In this document: positions 33,565-45,827 of the stretch, in pieces | Layout of the letters: every line of letters starts with the position of its first letter | How positions within the stretch are numbered: the first letter of the stretch is position 1 | Assembly: GCA_965261595.1 (NCBI GenBank) | Contig: CBDHDG010000005.1 | Span: 992,001 to 1,056,000, forward strand | Length of the DNA stretch: 64,000 nt | Reading direction: 5' to 3' | DNA from: a bacterium | Lineage (GTDB): Bacteria > UBA8248 > JACPRG01 > G963555815 | The notes under the pieces: generated by a model | Told to the model about the DNA's origin: nothing | Databases searched by the model: none | The model's input: the letters and a program-made list of their open reading frames with translations, nothing else | Position numbers and translations under genes: made by a program

Positions 33565-34357
33565 GCCGCGTGGATCATCCACGCGAGCGTGGACGGGACG
33601 GGCCGGAACCCCCTGCCTTCGCAGAGGGCAGGCTTGGACCGGCCCTACGTCTCAAAGCGAAGTGTGTTTGGTAGGGTGTCTGTCCGTGCCAGCACCCAGT
33701 GGGTCGGGATCCTGAAAAACCGCCGCATCAACAGACGGACGCCCCGTCATAGGAACCCGCCTATCGAAGGAAGCGTAGGGGCCGGACGGTGCCACCGCCT
33801 CGGTGGTCCCCGTCCCGGCCCGTCACACGCCCTTGGGGAACAGGGTCCCGGGACTTGGTCAGCACCCGTCCGTTGGGTCAATGATTGAAAGCCAACCGGT
33901 TCAATCGACCTACCCCGTTCGGGCGTTTAAATTGGTGGGAAACCCAGGTGGTAACTATACCCTTAAAGCACGTATGGTGATCTGGCCGGTCAGGTGCTAT
34001 ATTGGGGGGCATGAAACGGGCCGCCACCAAGAAGCCGCCGTTACCGGAGAAGAAGAAATACCCGTCCTACGAGGATGGGAGAGTGCGGGACGAGGAGATT
34101 AAAAATCTCCAGGCGAAAAGAGGTGTGTCTAAAGAAGAGTTTTTCCAATTATCGAGAGGTGTCTCCGCGAAGAGAGTCGAAACGCTCGATTAGTTTCGTG
34201 GGTCGCACCCTCAGTACGCTATCCTTTTTAACTATCCTTGCCCTTCCAATTGGGTTCATTTGAAGTGAGAAAGTCGCTCCTTTTGGTTCTGATTGCAGAT
34301 CCAATAGTTGGTCTCTGGCTTCGATGATTGCGCATGCCTTTTCAAATTGAGGCCTCG

Positions 34358-35761
34358 TGGACCGCCCCTGGGTTATTGGACATTCGGGTGAGGGTATTCG
34401 CCCTCATGCGGCCTCCGCAACTTGAGCGAGTTTTTCCTGCCTTGCCTGGGCCGGCGTTCGGTAGCCGTAGCCCTCGAGAATCCAATGATGGTTGTACAGG
34501 TTCTTGAACTCAAGCAGCGCCCACCGCAGTTCCTCTACGGTGGCGAAAGAGCGCACCCACAGGAGATTCTCCTTCAAGATGCGGATGAACCACTCACAGT
34601 AGCCATTTCCCTCGGGTGCCCGCACGAAGCTGGGCGAACTGGTCATGCCCAGGTAGGCGATCTCCCGCTGAAAGTCATCGGACAGATAGGCGGGGCCGTG
34701 GTCGTGACGAACTTTAAGCCCCTCGGCGACGTCCGCCTCCAAGCCGGCGAAGCGCTCGGCGACCCCCTGCCGGATCGGCTCCAGGGCCTCGAAGCGGTTG
34801 CCGCTCTTGGCCGCATGGATCCCCACGCAGTCCACCGAGCAGTGATCCACCGCCACGAACACCGAGGCCATCCCCTCCTCGGTGGTCACCGTCGTCGTCA
34901 TGTGCGTGCCCCACATTCGGTCGGGCCGCTCGGTGCGGATGGTCCCGTTGTGGGCCTTGGGACCTCGGGGTTTGCCCACCCGGTGGGGGGCCTGAAGCCC
35001 CGCCTCCCGCATCAGGCGACGCACCCGCTCCTTGCTGGTGCGGATGCCCGCGAAGCGCAGCCTCGCCCACACCTTGCGGTAGCCCTCGCCATGGAAGGGA
35101 GAGTCCTCCAGGACCTGCCGGATGTGGCCGAGGAGTTCCGCATCGGTGCACGGGCCCACAGGGCCGCGCTTATTGGGCGTGGGGCGTTCATGAACGGGGA
35201 CCGCCTCTCGCCGCCGTTGCGCGTAGACCGTGGAGCGCGCCAAGCCCCAAAGGGCGCACACCCGCTTCAGGCCGTAGGCTCTGCCCGTGGAGGTGAAGCG
35301 GGCCTGACTCATCGCCTCCACCTCCTGCCGGCTAAAGGGCGGCCGGCCTCCAGGCGGTCGATCTTCTCCCGCAGGACCTCGCCCTCCATCGTGAGTTCGC
35401 CCACCTTGGCCTTGAGCCGGGCGTTCTCCTCGTCCCGCTCATCCGCCGGGCGGGCTTTGAGCGCCGCCTCGCCCCCGCGAAGGAACGCCTCGCGCCAGGC
35501 GGAAAGCCGAGCCGCTGTCGTGCCCAACTCGCGGCAGAGCGTCTCCAGGCTCTCGCCCCGCAAAAGACGCAGGACCGCCTCCCGCTTGCGCTGGCAGGAG
35601 AACCGACCCCGCTCACTGCGATGCCCTGGGGCCTTGGCTCCGTTCGCCCTACGGGCGCCCTCCGCCAAAGCCCCCTCTTGCTTTTGTTCGTTCATCGCGA
35701 CACCCCTTTCTCCATGAATCATGGATCAATCGAGTGTCCAACAAAACCCTAGAGCGGGGGA
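34358..35761 (-). mobile_element. IS2-like element, copy 3 (catalytic D to H)
   Basis: TSD CTCG; orfB has WGTHMT. Confidence 0.95.
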
Positions 35762-35851
35762 CTCGTGTGTAATCTCCCAGATATTATTACATGCGTTACT
35801 TTGTGCCTTTTGCAGACAAATGAAAGCGCATGGTCTGCCGAAATAACAATC

Positions 35852-37282
35852 TGAGTCAATGCCATTCTTAGTTGAAATTCCGGAGTGACCCCTGGGTGCA
35901 TGTTAGGCCACCTCGCGCTCGTCGCTGTCAGCCCGAAGGCCGAGCGTAGAGCGGATGGCGGCCCTCAAGACCGGCAGATGCCGGCAGCCCTGGATCCGGT
36001 TCAGCCGAGGCTCGATGTCGAGGAGCGCCGTGGCCACCCAGCGCTGCCTCTGGTCGCTGTTGCGCCAGTGGTCCACCCTGTCCGTTCGCTGAGCAATGAG
36101 CGACATGATCGACTCCAAGCAGTTCGTCGTCTTCAGGCTTCTCCCCAAGATGGGACAAGACCCCCAGGCGATGGAGCGTCAAGGTCTCCTCCAGGCCTTC
36201 GTCCAGGCTCTTCACCGCCGAGCGGTTGAGCAGCTCAAGCTCTTTGCGAAGCCTCCCGAGCGCCCCCTTGGCCCCCTCGCAAGTGGGCTCATCATAAGCC
36301 GCCTGGAGTTTCCGCCCGATGCGCCCCTGCCGGCCCTTGGGCAGGTGGCTGAGCACGCCCTCGCGCTTATGCCACTGGCAGCGCTGCACCACCGCGTGTG
36401 CCTCAAAAACCCGCCGGATCGCCGCCCGAAGGCCCTTGGAGCCGTCGATCACACAGAGCAGACCTGCCTCAGAGCGCAGCCCCCGCTCCACCAACTCCCG
36501 CAAAAACGCCGTCAACGCCCGCTCGGTCCCGGTCTGAACAAACCCCAACACCACCTTTTCGCCCTGAACCGTGATGCCCAGGGCAATCACCATGAGGTCG
36601 TCCTCAAAGCGCTTGCCGTCCAGGACCAGGCCCACGAAGTCATACCCTTGCAGGGGGGGCGCTCGCAGAGCTCTTTGAGCTTGCGGGCGCTGGCCCGGAT
36701 GAAGCGGCGCGAGACCGTCGAGGGGGAAAGCCCAAAGGCCTCGGGCGCCGCCTCGGCGCATCCCTCATAGTCCCGACAACTCAGCCCCTTCAGCACCCGG
36801 CGGAACAGTCCGGCATCGGCCCCGCGCGGCCTCTGCAAGCGCGTGTACGTCTCCAGCGGCGCCTCCTGGCCGGTGAGGCGATTTCTGACCCGAGGAACCT
36901 GGATGGGCAGCTTCTGATCGGCCAAATACACCGAGCCTCGCTGACGGCCCCACCGCACGTGACCGGCCAAGCCGTCCCCACGACGGTAGCGCGCCCCCGC
37001 CAAGCGTGCCACGTCCGCCTTCAGACAATCCCCCACCGCCATCAACCCCAAAGGGATCAACGCCTGGAGAGACTCGACCAACGTGTCCACCGGAGCATGT
37101 AGCGCAAAATCCGCCAACGTGACCCGCTTCGGCTCTTCACCCTTGACCTGCCCCTTCCCTCGTCGCACCGTGTTCATGGAGCGTCTCCTTTCCTTCGGTG
37201 GGTGGATGTGCATCTCACACAACCCAACTCCACCACGGGGGGGGCGCTCCGTCAGTTTTCAACTAAGTTTGGCATACCCTCA
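35852..37282 (-). mobile_element. IS256-family element with a frameshifted transposase
   Basis: IRs TGAGTCAATGCCATTCTTAGTTGAAA / TGAGGGTATGCCAAACTTAGTTGAAA; 8-bp TSD TAACAATC; LVLDG, IDGSKGL, QRCQWH and TTNCLES spread over three frames. Confidence 0.9.
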
Positions 37283-37474
37283 TAACAATCCAATCATCTG
37301 ACGCAATTTTCTTTACCCAATTCTCATCATCAACCCCTCCCGCCTTAAAATCCTCAACAAGATGGGCGACCGTAGGGGTGTTTGTCTTTATTAGAGAAAA
37401 CAAATCCCTTATTACAAAATAAACCTTTTTCCCTATATTTTCGTCCAATAATAACTTTGCATGGTCAGCTCCAT

Positions 37475-39251
37475 TCACGCTGCCGCTCTTCCTGGATAAA
37501 GATAATCAAAGTATCGGCAAGCGATATCAACCTCACTTCTCCCCAGCTCTAGGGTTTTGTTGGACACTCGATTGATCCATGATTCATGGAGAAAGAGGTG
37601 TCGCGATGAACGAACAAAAGCAAGAGGGGGCTTTGGCGGAGGGCGCCCGTAGGGCGAACGGAGCCAAGGCCCCAGGGCATCGCAGTGAGCGGGGTCGGTT
37701 CTCCTGCCAGCGCAAGCGGGAGGCGGTCCTGCGTCTTTTGCGGGGCGAGAGCCTGGAGACGCTCTGCCGCGAGTTGGGCACGACAGCGGCTCGGCTTTCC
37801 GCCTGGCGCGAGGCGTTCCTTCGCGGGGGCGAGGCGGCGCTCAAAGCCCGCCCGGCGGATGAGCGGGACGAGGAGAACGCCCGGCTCAAGGCCAAGGTGG
37901 GCGAACTCACGATGGAGGGCGAGGTCCTGCGGGAGAAGATCGACCGCCTGGAGGCCGGCCGCCCTTTAGCCGGCAGGAGGTGGAGGCGATGAGTCAGGCC
38001 CGCTTCACCTCCACGGGTAGAGCCTACGGCCTGAAGCGGGTGTGCGCCCTTTGGGGCTTGGCGCGCTCCACGGTCTACGCGCAACGGCGGCGAGAGGCGG
38101 TCCCCGTTCATGAACGCCCCACGCCCAATAAGCGCGGCCCTGTGGGCCCGTGCACCGATGCGGAACTCCTCGGCCACATCCGGCAGGTCCTGGAGGACTC
38201 TCCCTTCCATGGCGAGGGCTACCGCAAGGTGTGGGCGAGGCTGCGCTTCGCGGGCATCCGCACCAGCAAGGAGCGGGTGCGTCGCCTGATGCGGGAGGCG
38301 GGGCTTCAGGCCCCCCACCGGGTGGGCAAACCCCGAGGTCCCAAGGCCCACAACGGGACCATCCGCACCGAGCGGCCCGACCGAATGTGGGGCACGCACA
38401 TGACGACGACGGTGACCACCGAGGAGGGGATGGCCTCGGTGTTCGTGGCGGTGGATCACTGCTCGGTGGACTGCGTGGGGATCCATGCGGCCAAGAGCGG
38501 CAACCGCTTCGAGGCCCTGGAGCCGATCCGGCAGGGGGTCGCCGAGCGCTTCGCCGGCTTGGAGGCGGACGTCGCCGAGGGGCTTAAAGTTCGTCACGAC
38601 CACGGCCCCGCCTATCTGTCCGATGACTTTCAGCGGGAGATCGCCTACCTGGGCATGACCAGTTCGCCCAGCTTCGTGCGGGCGCCCGAGGGAAATGGCT
38701 ACTGTGAGTGGTTCATCCGCATCTTGAAGGAGAATCTCCTGTGGGTGCGCTCTTTCGCCACCGTAGAGGAACTGCGGTGGGCGCTGCTTGAGTTCAAGAA
38801 CCTGTACAACCATCATTGGATTCTCGAGGGCTACGGCTACCGAACGCCGGCCCAGGCAAGGCAGGAAAAACTCGCTCAAGTTGCGGAGGCCGCATGAGGT
38901 CGAATACCCTCACCCGAGTGTCCAATAACCCAGGGGCGGTCCACTTCGATCAACGCCATAGACATCTGCTGCTTCCTCAATCCCCTTTTCTGTAAGGCTG
39001 GCTTCGTAAAGGGTTTTCGCAGATATACCGCACGATTCAACGAGAGGTTCTCCGAAACGCCTTTGCGGGTTCATTAGAACGCGCTTGATTACAGGTGTGC
39101 CATTATCTTCGTAAAGGTATTTGAATGCCTCAAAATGATGAAGCTCGTCATTTGGTCCGTAGTAAAGGTTTTCAACATAGAGTTCTAGGATCTTAGCAAA
39201 TCCAGCCTGACCCCATCCCGGCGTGTTGACTTGTGTATATATATCATGATC
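37475..39251 (-). pseudogene. DUF433-domain antitoxin, split by an IS2-like copy and 5'-truncated by IS1380
   Basis: Rebuilt C-terminus NPQRRFGEPLVESCGIS...GIEEAADVYGVDRSEVDIACRYF; GTGA overlap with the PIN gene. Confidence 0.8.
37540..38943 (+). mobile_element. IS2-like element, copy 4 (catalytic D to H; SNP in left IR)
   Basis: TSD CTTC; orfB has WGTHMT. Confidence 0.95.
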
Positions 39252-40919
39252 CCCGCATTTCCCATATGGATCATAAGTTTTGTCGGACCGAATGCCGTTT
39301 TCTCGTGTAAGATCAAGGTGTTGGCCTCCCCCTGCCATCATCTTGCGAGGGGACCCAATGGGTGAAGCGAAGAAGGGGTCTTTGAAGATCCGTTTTGACC
39401 GTCGGCTGAGGCTTGAGTTTCACGGAACCAGAATCACTTCGGATGCGGGATTGCTGGCCTGCCGGGAGCTGGATGATGCGCTGGGTTTGACGGTGAGAGC
39501 GCCAGTGCAATTGCAAGAGATCCGTCATGGCCGGAACATCCAGCATGAGTTGGCGCCGCTATTGCGCCAGTCGGTCTATAGCCGCTTGGCAGGGTATGAA
39601 GACACCAACGATGCCGAGCGGTTGGCCCAGGACCCCGCGATGCAAGCCGTGGTCGGCCGCCGAGCGCTTGAGAAGCAGGCGGCGGGCGCCAACACCCTGA
39701 GCCGGTTCGAGACCGAGGTTCTCACCAGGGAGGAGAATCTCAAGGGGCCGGAGCGAGCTGAACCGGGAGTGGGTGGACCGGGCCATGGCACACTCACCCC
39801 ATCAGCGAATCATCCTGGACATGGACAGCTCGGAAAGCCCCGTCCATGGGGAGCAGGAAGGTACGGCCTACAACGGCCACTTTCGTTGCACCTGTTATCA
39901 CCCTCTTTTTTGCTTTAACCAGTTCGGGGACTGCGAAGGGGCGATGTTGCGCCCCGGCAACGTGCACAGCGCCGATGGCTGGCGCGAGTTGCTTTCGCCC
40001 ATCGCGGCCCGGTATGAGTGGGCGGGTGTTCGCCGTTACTTCCGAGCCGATGCCGCCTTTGCGCGCCCGGAGGTCTATGAGTACCTGGAAGCGCACAGCT
40101 TCCTTTACGCCATCCGCCTTCCCGCCAACGACGTGGTGCAGCGAGAGATCGACTTCCTCCTCACCCGCCCGGTCGGTCGCCCGCCCAAGAGACCCATCAT
40201 CTTCTATTACGACTTCCGGTATCAGGCTGGAAGCTGGGACCGTTCCCGGCGGGTCGTGGCGAAGGTGGAATGGCACTCAGGCGAACTCTTCCCTCGCGTC
40301 GGATTCATTGTCACGAACCTGACGGCTCGACCCGAGGGGGTCGTGCACTTCTACAACCAGCGAGGCACAGCCGAGCAATGGATCAAGGAAGGCAAGTACG
40401 CCATGAACTGGACACGCCTTTCCTGTCACCGGTTCGTGTGCAACCAGGTGCGGCTCCTTCTCTTCGTCCTGGCGTACAACCTGGGCAATTTCCTGCGCAG
40501 GCTAGCCTTGCCCAGGGGGCTCAAGCACTGGTCGCTGCGAAGCCTCCAGGTCAAGCTCATCAAAATGGGCGGGAGGATTGTGCGGCACGCCCGGCAGATC
40601 ATCTTTCAATTGGCCGAAGTAGCGGTATCCAGGGAAGAGTTCGCCATCATCCTGGACCGAATCAACCGATTACGGCCGGTGCCGGTCTAACCTTGTGCAG
40701 AGGGTTCCCGGCAGCATGAGGTGATTGGTTAACGGGTTGAACCGCGAACAAAGGGGACCGAAGGGCGAGGGTCCGCCTTTTGGGGCAGTCGATGGCCGTC
40801 AGCACCTTGTTGCGGAGGGTTGGAAGGCTCTTGACAAACCCATCGGAAGGGGATCAACTGGCTTTCATCGGGAAAGGGGACCGGAAACCACCCAAGCAAG
40901 TTGATATGGGAAATTCCGG
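39252..40919 (+). mobile_element. IS1380-family element, copy 2 (transposase 39358-40690, frameshifted near 39750)
   Basis: Same IRs, 1668 bp; the flanks TGATC and TTTAA do not match. Confidence 0.93.
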
Positions 40920-41275
40920 TTTAAATGAGCCATCATCCCACGGATACACGCCTATTCCATTTCCGAATAGACCAAGACGTCTCATCCTGTCATTTGAATC
41001 AAGTTTCCGTAGCTTTTCGACATATTTCTCGTTGGATGCCGATAGGTTCTGATTTTGCGCAAGCATAAGGATTTGATTCCAATTCCGAGGAATATAGGGA
41101 ATGTATGCTTCTTCGATAACGACCTTTGGGGCGATCGCATAGGTATCGCATTTGTTGCAAAGCCTAAGTAAGTCTTTTTTCATAATCTGCTCCTTGAAAC
41201 GTTTTGGGAAGCTGAAGTTTGTGCCCTCGATAGTATAACCGGCATGACTTGTGGATCAATTATCGGAGGCTATGT
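40920..41275 (-). pseudogene. AT-rich orphan gene fragment between two IS1380 copies
   Basis: ORF MKKDLLRLC... runs into the IS end. Confidence 0.35.
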
Positions 41276-42943
41276 CCGGAATTTCCCATATCAACTTGCT
41301 TGGGTGGTTTCCGGTCCCCTTTCCCGATGAAAGCCAGTTGATCCCCTTCCGATGGGTTTGTCAAGAGCCTTCCAACCCTCCGCAACAAGGTGCTGACGGC
41401 CATCGACTGCCCCAAAAGGCGGACCCTCGCCCTTCGGTCCCCTTTGTTCGCGGTTCAACCCGTTAACCAATCACCTCATGCTGCCGGGAACCCTCTGCAC
41501 AAGGTTAGACCGGCACCGGCCGTAATCGGTTGATTCGGTCCAGGATGATGGCGAACTCTTCCCTGGATACCGCTACTTCGGCCAATTGAAAGATGATCTG
41601 CCGGGCGTGCCGCACAATCCTCCCGCCCATTTTGATGAGCTTGACCTGGAGGCTTCGCAGCGACCAGTGCTTGAGCCCCCTGGGCAAGGCTAGCCTGCGC
41701 AGGAAATTGCCCAGGTTGTACGCCAGGACGAAGAGAAGGAGCCGCACCTGGTTGCACACGAACCGGTGACAGGAAAGGCGTGTCCAGTTCATGGCGTACT
41801 TGCCTTCCTTGATCCATTGCTCGGCTGTGCCTCGCTGGTTGTAGAAGTGCACGACCCCCTCGGGTCGAGCCGTCAGGTTCGTGACAATGAATCCGACGCG
41901 AGGGAAGAGTTCGCCTGAGTGCCATTCCACCTTCGCCACGACCCGCCGGGAACGGTCCCAGCTTCCAGCCTGATACCGGAAGTCGTAATAGAAGATGATG
42001 GGTCTCTTGGGCGGGCGACCGACCGGGCGGGTGAGGAGGAAGTCGATCTCTCGCTGCACCACGTCGTTGGCGGGAAGGCGGATGGCGTAAAGGAAGCTGT
42101 GCGCTTCCAGGTACTCATAGACCTCCGGGCGCGCAAAGGCGGCATCGGCTCGGAAGTAACGGCGAACACCCGCCCGCTCATACCGGGCCGCGATGGGCGA
42201 AAGCAACTCGCGCCAGCCATCGGCGCTGTGCACGTTGCCGGGGCGCAACATCGCCCCTTCGCAGTCCCCGAACTGGTTAAAGCAAAAAAGAGGGTGATAA
42301 CAGGTGCAACGAAAGTGGCCGTTGTAGGCCGTACCTTCCTGCTCCCCATGGACGGGGCTTTCCGAGCTGTCCATGTCCAGGATGATTCGCTGATGGGGTG
42401 AGTGTGCCATGGCCCGGTCCACCCACTCCCGGTTCAGCTCGCTCCGGCCCCTTGAGATTCTCCTCCCTGGTGAGAACCTCGGTCTCGAACCGGCTCAGGG
42501 TGTTGGCGCCCGCCGCCTGCTTCTCAAGCGCTCGGCGGCCGACCACGGCTTGCATCGCGGGGTCCTGGGCCAACCGCTCGGCATCGTTGGTGTCTTCATA
42601 CCCTGCCAAGCGGCTATAGACCGACTGGCGCAATAGCGGCGCCAACTCATGCTGGATGTTCCGGCCATGACGGATCTCTTGCAATTGCACTGGCGCTCTC
42701 ACCGTCAAACCCAGCGCATCATCCAGCTCCCGGCAGGCCAGCAATCCCGCATCCGAAGTGATTCTGGTTCCGTGAAACTCAAGCCTCAGCCGACGGTCAA
42801 AACGGATCTTCAAAGACCCCTTCTTCGCTTCACCCATTGGGTCCCCTCGCAAGATGATGGCAGGGGGAGGCCAACACCTTGATCTTACACGAGAAAACGG
42901 CATTCGGTCCGACAAAACTTATGATCCATATGGGAAATGCGGG
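41276..42943 (-). mobile_element. IS1380-family element, copy 3
   Basis: Near-identical inverted copy of 39252-40919; no TSD. Confidence 0.93.
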
Positions 42944-43033
42944 CTTAAGAGTCTGGTGCGCCGACGGTGTCCACACCGCTCCCGGAGTGGTTGACGATTG
43001 TTTTTGCACAACATCCAACCTTTCAAGAGAACG

Positions 43034-43280
43034 ACTGACCACCAAGGACAAGATAGCACGACGCAACTGAGCCTGCGTGACTTGGCCAACGAGATGAGCA
43101 ACGTCTCCAAAGGGTGTCGGATCATGGGCAATTCGCACCAGCAGTTCTACGAGATCCGGCGCAACTATCAGACCTACGGCGTCGAAGGCCTGATCGACCG
43201 GCTGCCGGGTACAAGGTTCCGTATCCCAACCAGATCTCCGAACAGGTCGAGGTCGTGATCCTGGCCCACGGCGCGCTACG
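43034..43280 (+). pseudogene. IS481-family transposase N-terminal remnant
   Basis: TTKDKIARR / LANEMSNVSKGCRIMG..QQFYEIRRNYQTYGVEGLIDRLPG. Confidence 0.7.
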
Positions 43281-43304
43281 CGTCTTCACATCTTCAGAGA
43301 TGTT

Positions 43305-45690
43305 TCAAAATGGAATGTCTTCATCGAATTCCTCCCTGCGTTCTTCGTCCGGCATTGGAACGTTGTGGACGACGAACAAGTGAAGAATGTCAGCCCGGTC
43401 AGTGAACAGGATCTGGCTCCTCTAAGAGGCGTCCAGCCTTTCTCCGAGCCAATGCTTGGCCTGCTTGGTGATTTCACCACCGGCTACGATGAGTGCATGA
43501 TCTACAAGCCGTTTTTTGTTGATGTCTGGATCAAATATCTCATGTCCGAGCATCATGGTGAGCTGGCGGTGAATCGTTGCGACGTTCTCATTCTTGGTTT
43601 TCGCCGTCGCATCTATCTTTCCGCGCTTCACTTGCAGACCAAAGTAGAGCCAGTGCCCGGTGGGGAGACAATACTTCATCCATAGGTCCTTGCCGAACTC
43701 CATCGCCTTGCCCTTGTGGCTGGCGATTGTAATCCTCTGAAATCGGAGGGTTTGAAAAAGTGGAAAGACTACCTTTTCGGTGATGTCGTCCTCGCTCGCC
43801 GCATCAATATACGACTCGAGGCGTCGGCGGCGATCAATTTCGTCCTGGGAGAGAGCACGCGCTACGACCGGGCCGGGCCGCGCCTCCTCGCCGGTCTTGG
43901 TGTTGCGTATATAGCAGCAGTTGTCCTCGGCGTAGAATGCTTCTGGACCGCCCCTGGGTTATTGGACACTCGGGTGAGGGTATTCGACCTCATGCGGCCT
44001 CCGCAACTTGAGCGAGTTTTTCCTGCCTTGCCTGGGCCGGCGTTCGGTAGCCGTAGCCCTCGAGAATCCAATGATGGTTGTACAGGTTTTTGAACTCAAG
44101 CAGCGCCCACCGCAGTTCCTCTACGGTGGCGAAAGAGCGCACCCACAGGAGATTCTCCTTCAAGATGCGGATAAACCACTCACAGTAGCCATTTCCCTCG
44201 GGCGCCCGCACGAAGCTGGGCGAACTGGTCATGCCCAGGTAGGCGATCTCCCGCTGAAAGTCATCGGACAGATAGGCGGGGCCGTGGTCGTGACGAACTT
44301 TAAGCCCCTCGGCGACGTCCGCCTCCAAGCCGGCGAAGCGCTCGGCGACCCCCTGCCGGATCGGCTCCAGGGCCTCGAAGCGGTTGCCGCTCTTGGCCGC
44401 ATGGATCCCCACGCAGTCCACCGAGCAGTGATCCACCGCCACGAACACCGAGGCCACCCCCTCCTCGGTGGTCACCGTCGTCGTCATGTCCGTGCCCCAC
44501 ATTCGGTCGGGCCGCTCGGTGCGGATGGTCCCGTTGTGGGCCTTGGGACCTCGGGGTTTGCCCACCCGGTGGGGGGCCTGAAGCCCCGCCTCCCGCATCA
44601 GGCGACGCACCCGCTCCTTGCTGGTGCGGATGCCCGCGAAGCGCAGCCTCGCCCACACCTTGCGGTAGCCCTCGCCATGGAAGGGAGAGTCCTCCAGGAC
44701 CTGCCGGATGTGGCCGAGGAGTTCCGCATCGGTGCACGGGCCCACAGGGCCGCGCTTATTGGGCGTGGGGCGTTCATGAACGGGGACCGCCTCTCGCCGC
44801 CGTTGCGCGTAGACCGTGGAGCGCGCCAAGCCCCAAAGGGCGCACACCCGCTTCAGGCCGTAGGCTCTGCCCGTGGAGGTGAAGCGGGCCTGACTCATCG
44901 CCTCCACCTCCTGCCGGCTAAAGGGCGGCCGGCCTCCAGGCGGTCGATCTTCTCCCGCAGGACCTCGCCCTCCATCGTGAGTTCGCCCACCTTGGCCTTG
45001 AGCCGGGCGTTCTCCTCGGCCCGCTCATCCGCCGGGCGGGCTTTGAGCGCCGCCTCGCCCCCGCGAAGGAACGCCTCGCGCCAGGCGGAAAGTCGAGCCG
45101 CTGTCGTGCCCAACTCGCGGCAGAGCGTCTCCAGGCTCTCGCCCCGCAAAAGACGCAGGACCGCCTCCCGCTTGCGCTGGCAGGAGAACCGACCCCGCTC
45201 ACTGCGATGCCCTGGGGCCTTGGCTCCGTTCGCCCTGCGGGCGCCCTCCGCCAAAGCCCCCTCTTGCTTTTGTTCGTTCATCGCGACACCCCTTTCTCCA
45301 TGAATCATGGATCAATCGAGTGTCCAACAAAACCCTAGAGCGGGGGACTTCCAGCCCCTCGCGTGCGAGCGTCACGTTGAGTTCCGCCAGCGCAGCCTCA
45401 CGTTCAGGATCGTCCTGAGTGTGGTCCGCGCGATCCATCAGGACTTGAATTACGGTCTGAAAACCCGCCCCAGGTAGAGCAGGATTGTCAGACGGTTCTT
45501 TCAGGATCTTGTCGAGGACGCCTGCGACCCACCATTTCCGGGTCGAGCCGTCGTGAACATACTGCTCCATGTCACAGTCTTCGAAAAACTCCGACAAATA
45601 AGTGCTGCTTCTATACACGAAGTAATCGCTTTCATTGCCGCAGATCATGTCTGCAACTTTATTGACGGTTCTTTTTCTAATTCCTTTCAT
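43305..45690 (-). pseudogene. Putative defence protein: AbiJ-N-like domain, PD-(D/E)xK nuclease-like domain and DEDIPF tail; IS-split with one TAG
   Basis: Removing IS 43944-45347 gives a 325-codon frame with EFGKD...GLQVK; internal TAG at 43422; ends EEFDEDIPF*. Confidence 0.65.
43944..45347 (-). mobile_element. IS2-like element, copy 5
   Basis: TSD CTTC. Confidence 0.95.
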
Positions 45691-45827
45691 GCCAACCAAT
45701 ATATGTGCATTGTTGATGGCAGACCACCGTGCATTCTAGGCTCAGCGCTCCTGACCGATTGACCTTCTCACATGATGAGGGTCAATGCGAATGTGAGTTT
45801 TCTTGGAGAGACTGAAGACAAGAGAAC

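Larger units (their letters stand above)
34149..37478 (-). pseudogene. PIN-like (VapC45/DUF5615-type) toxin split by two IS
   Basis: Joining 37478-37283, 35843-35762 and 34353-34149 gives an open 160-aa frame: LLLDENIG...DDENW...WIVISAD. Confidence 0.8.

Noticed and set aside
34002..34193. Small basic ORF convergent with the PIN gene, and a possible IS1595-like end at ~33947
   Set aside because: No recognisable domain and no partner IR found.
34358..38943. Composite transposon formed by IS copies 3 and 4
   Set aside because: Each copy has its own TSD and the interrupted genes rejoin colinearly, so these are independent insertions.
39251..41275. The 40920-41275 fragment as the missing DUF433 N-terminus
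   Set aside because: The IS1380 flanks show no TSD, so the two sides were not demonstrably contiguous.
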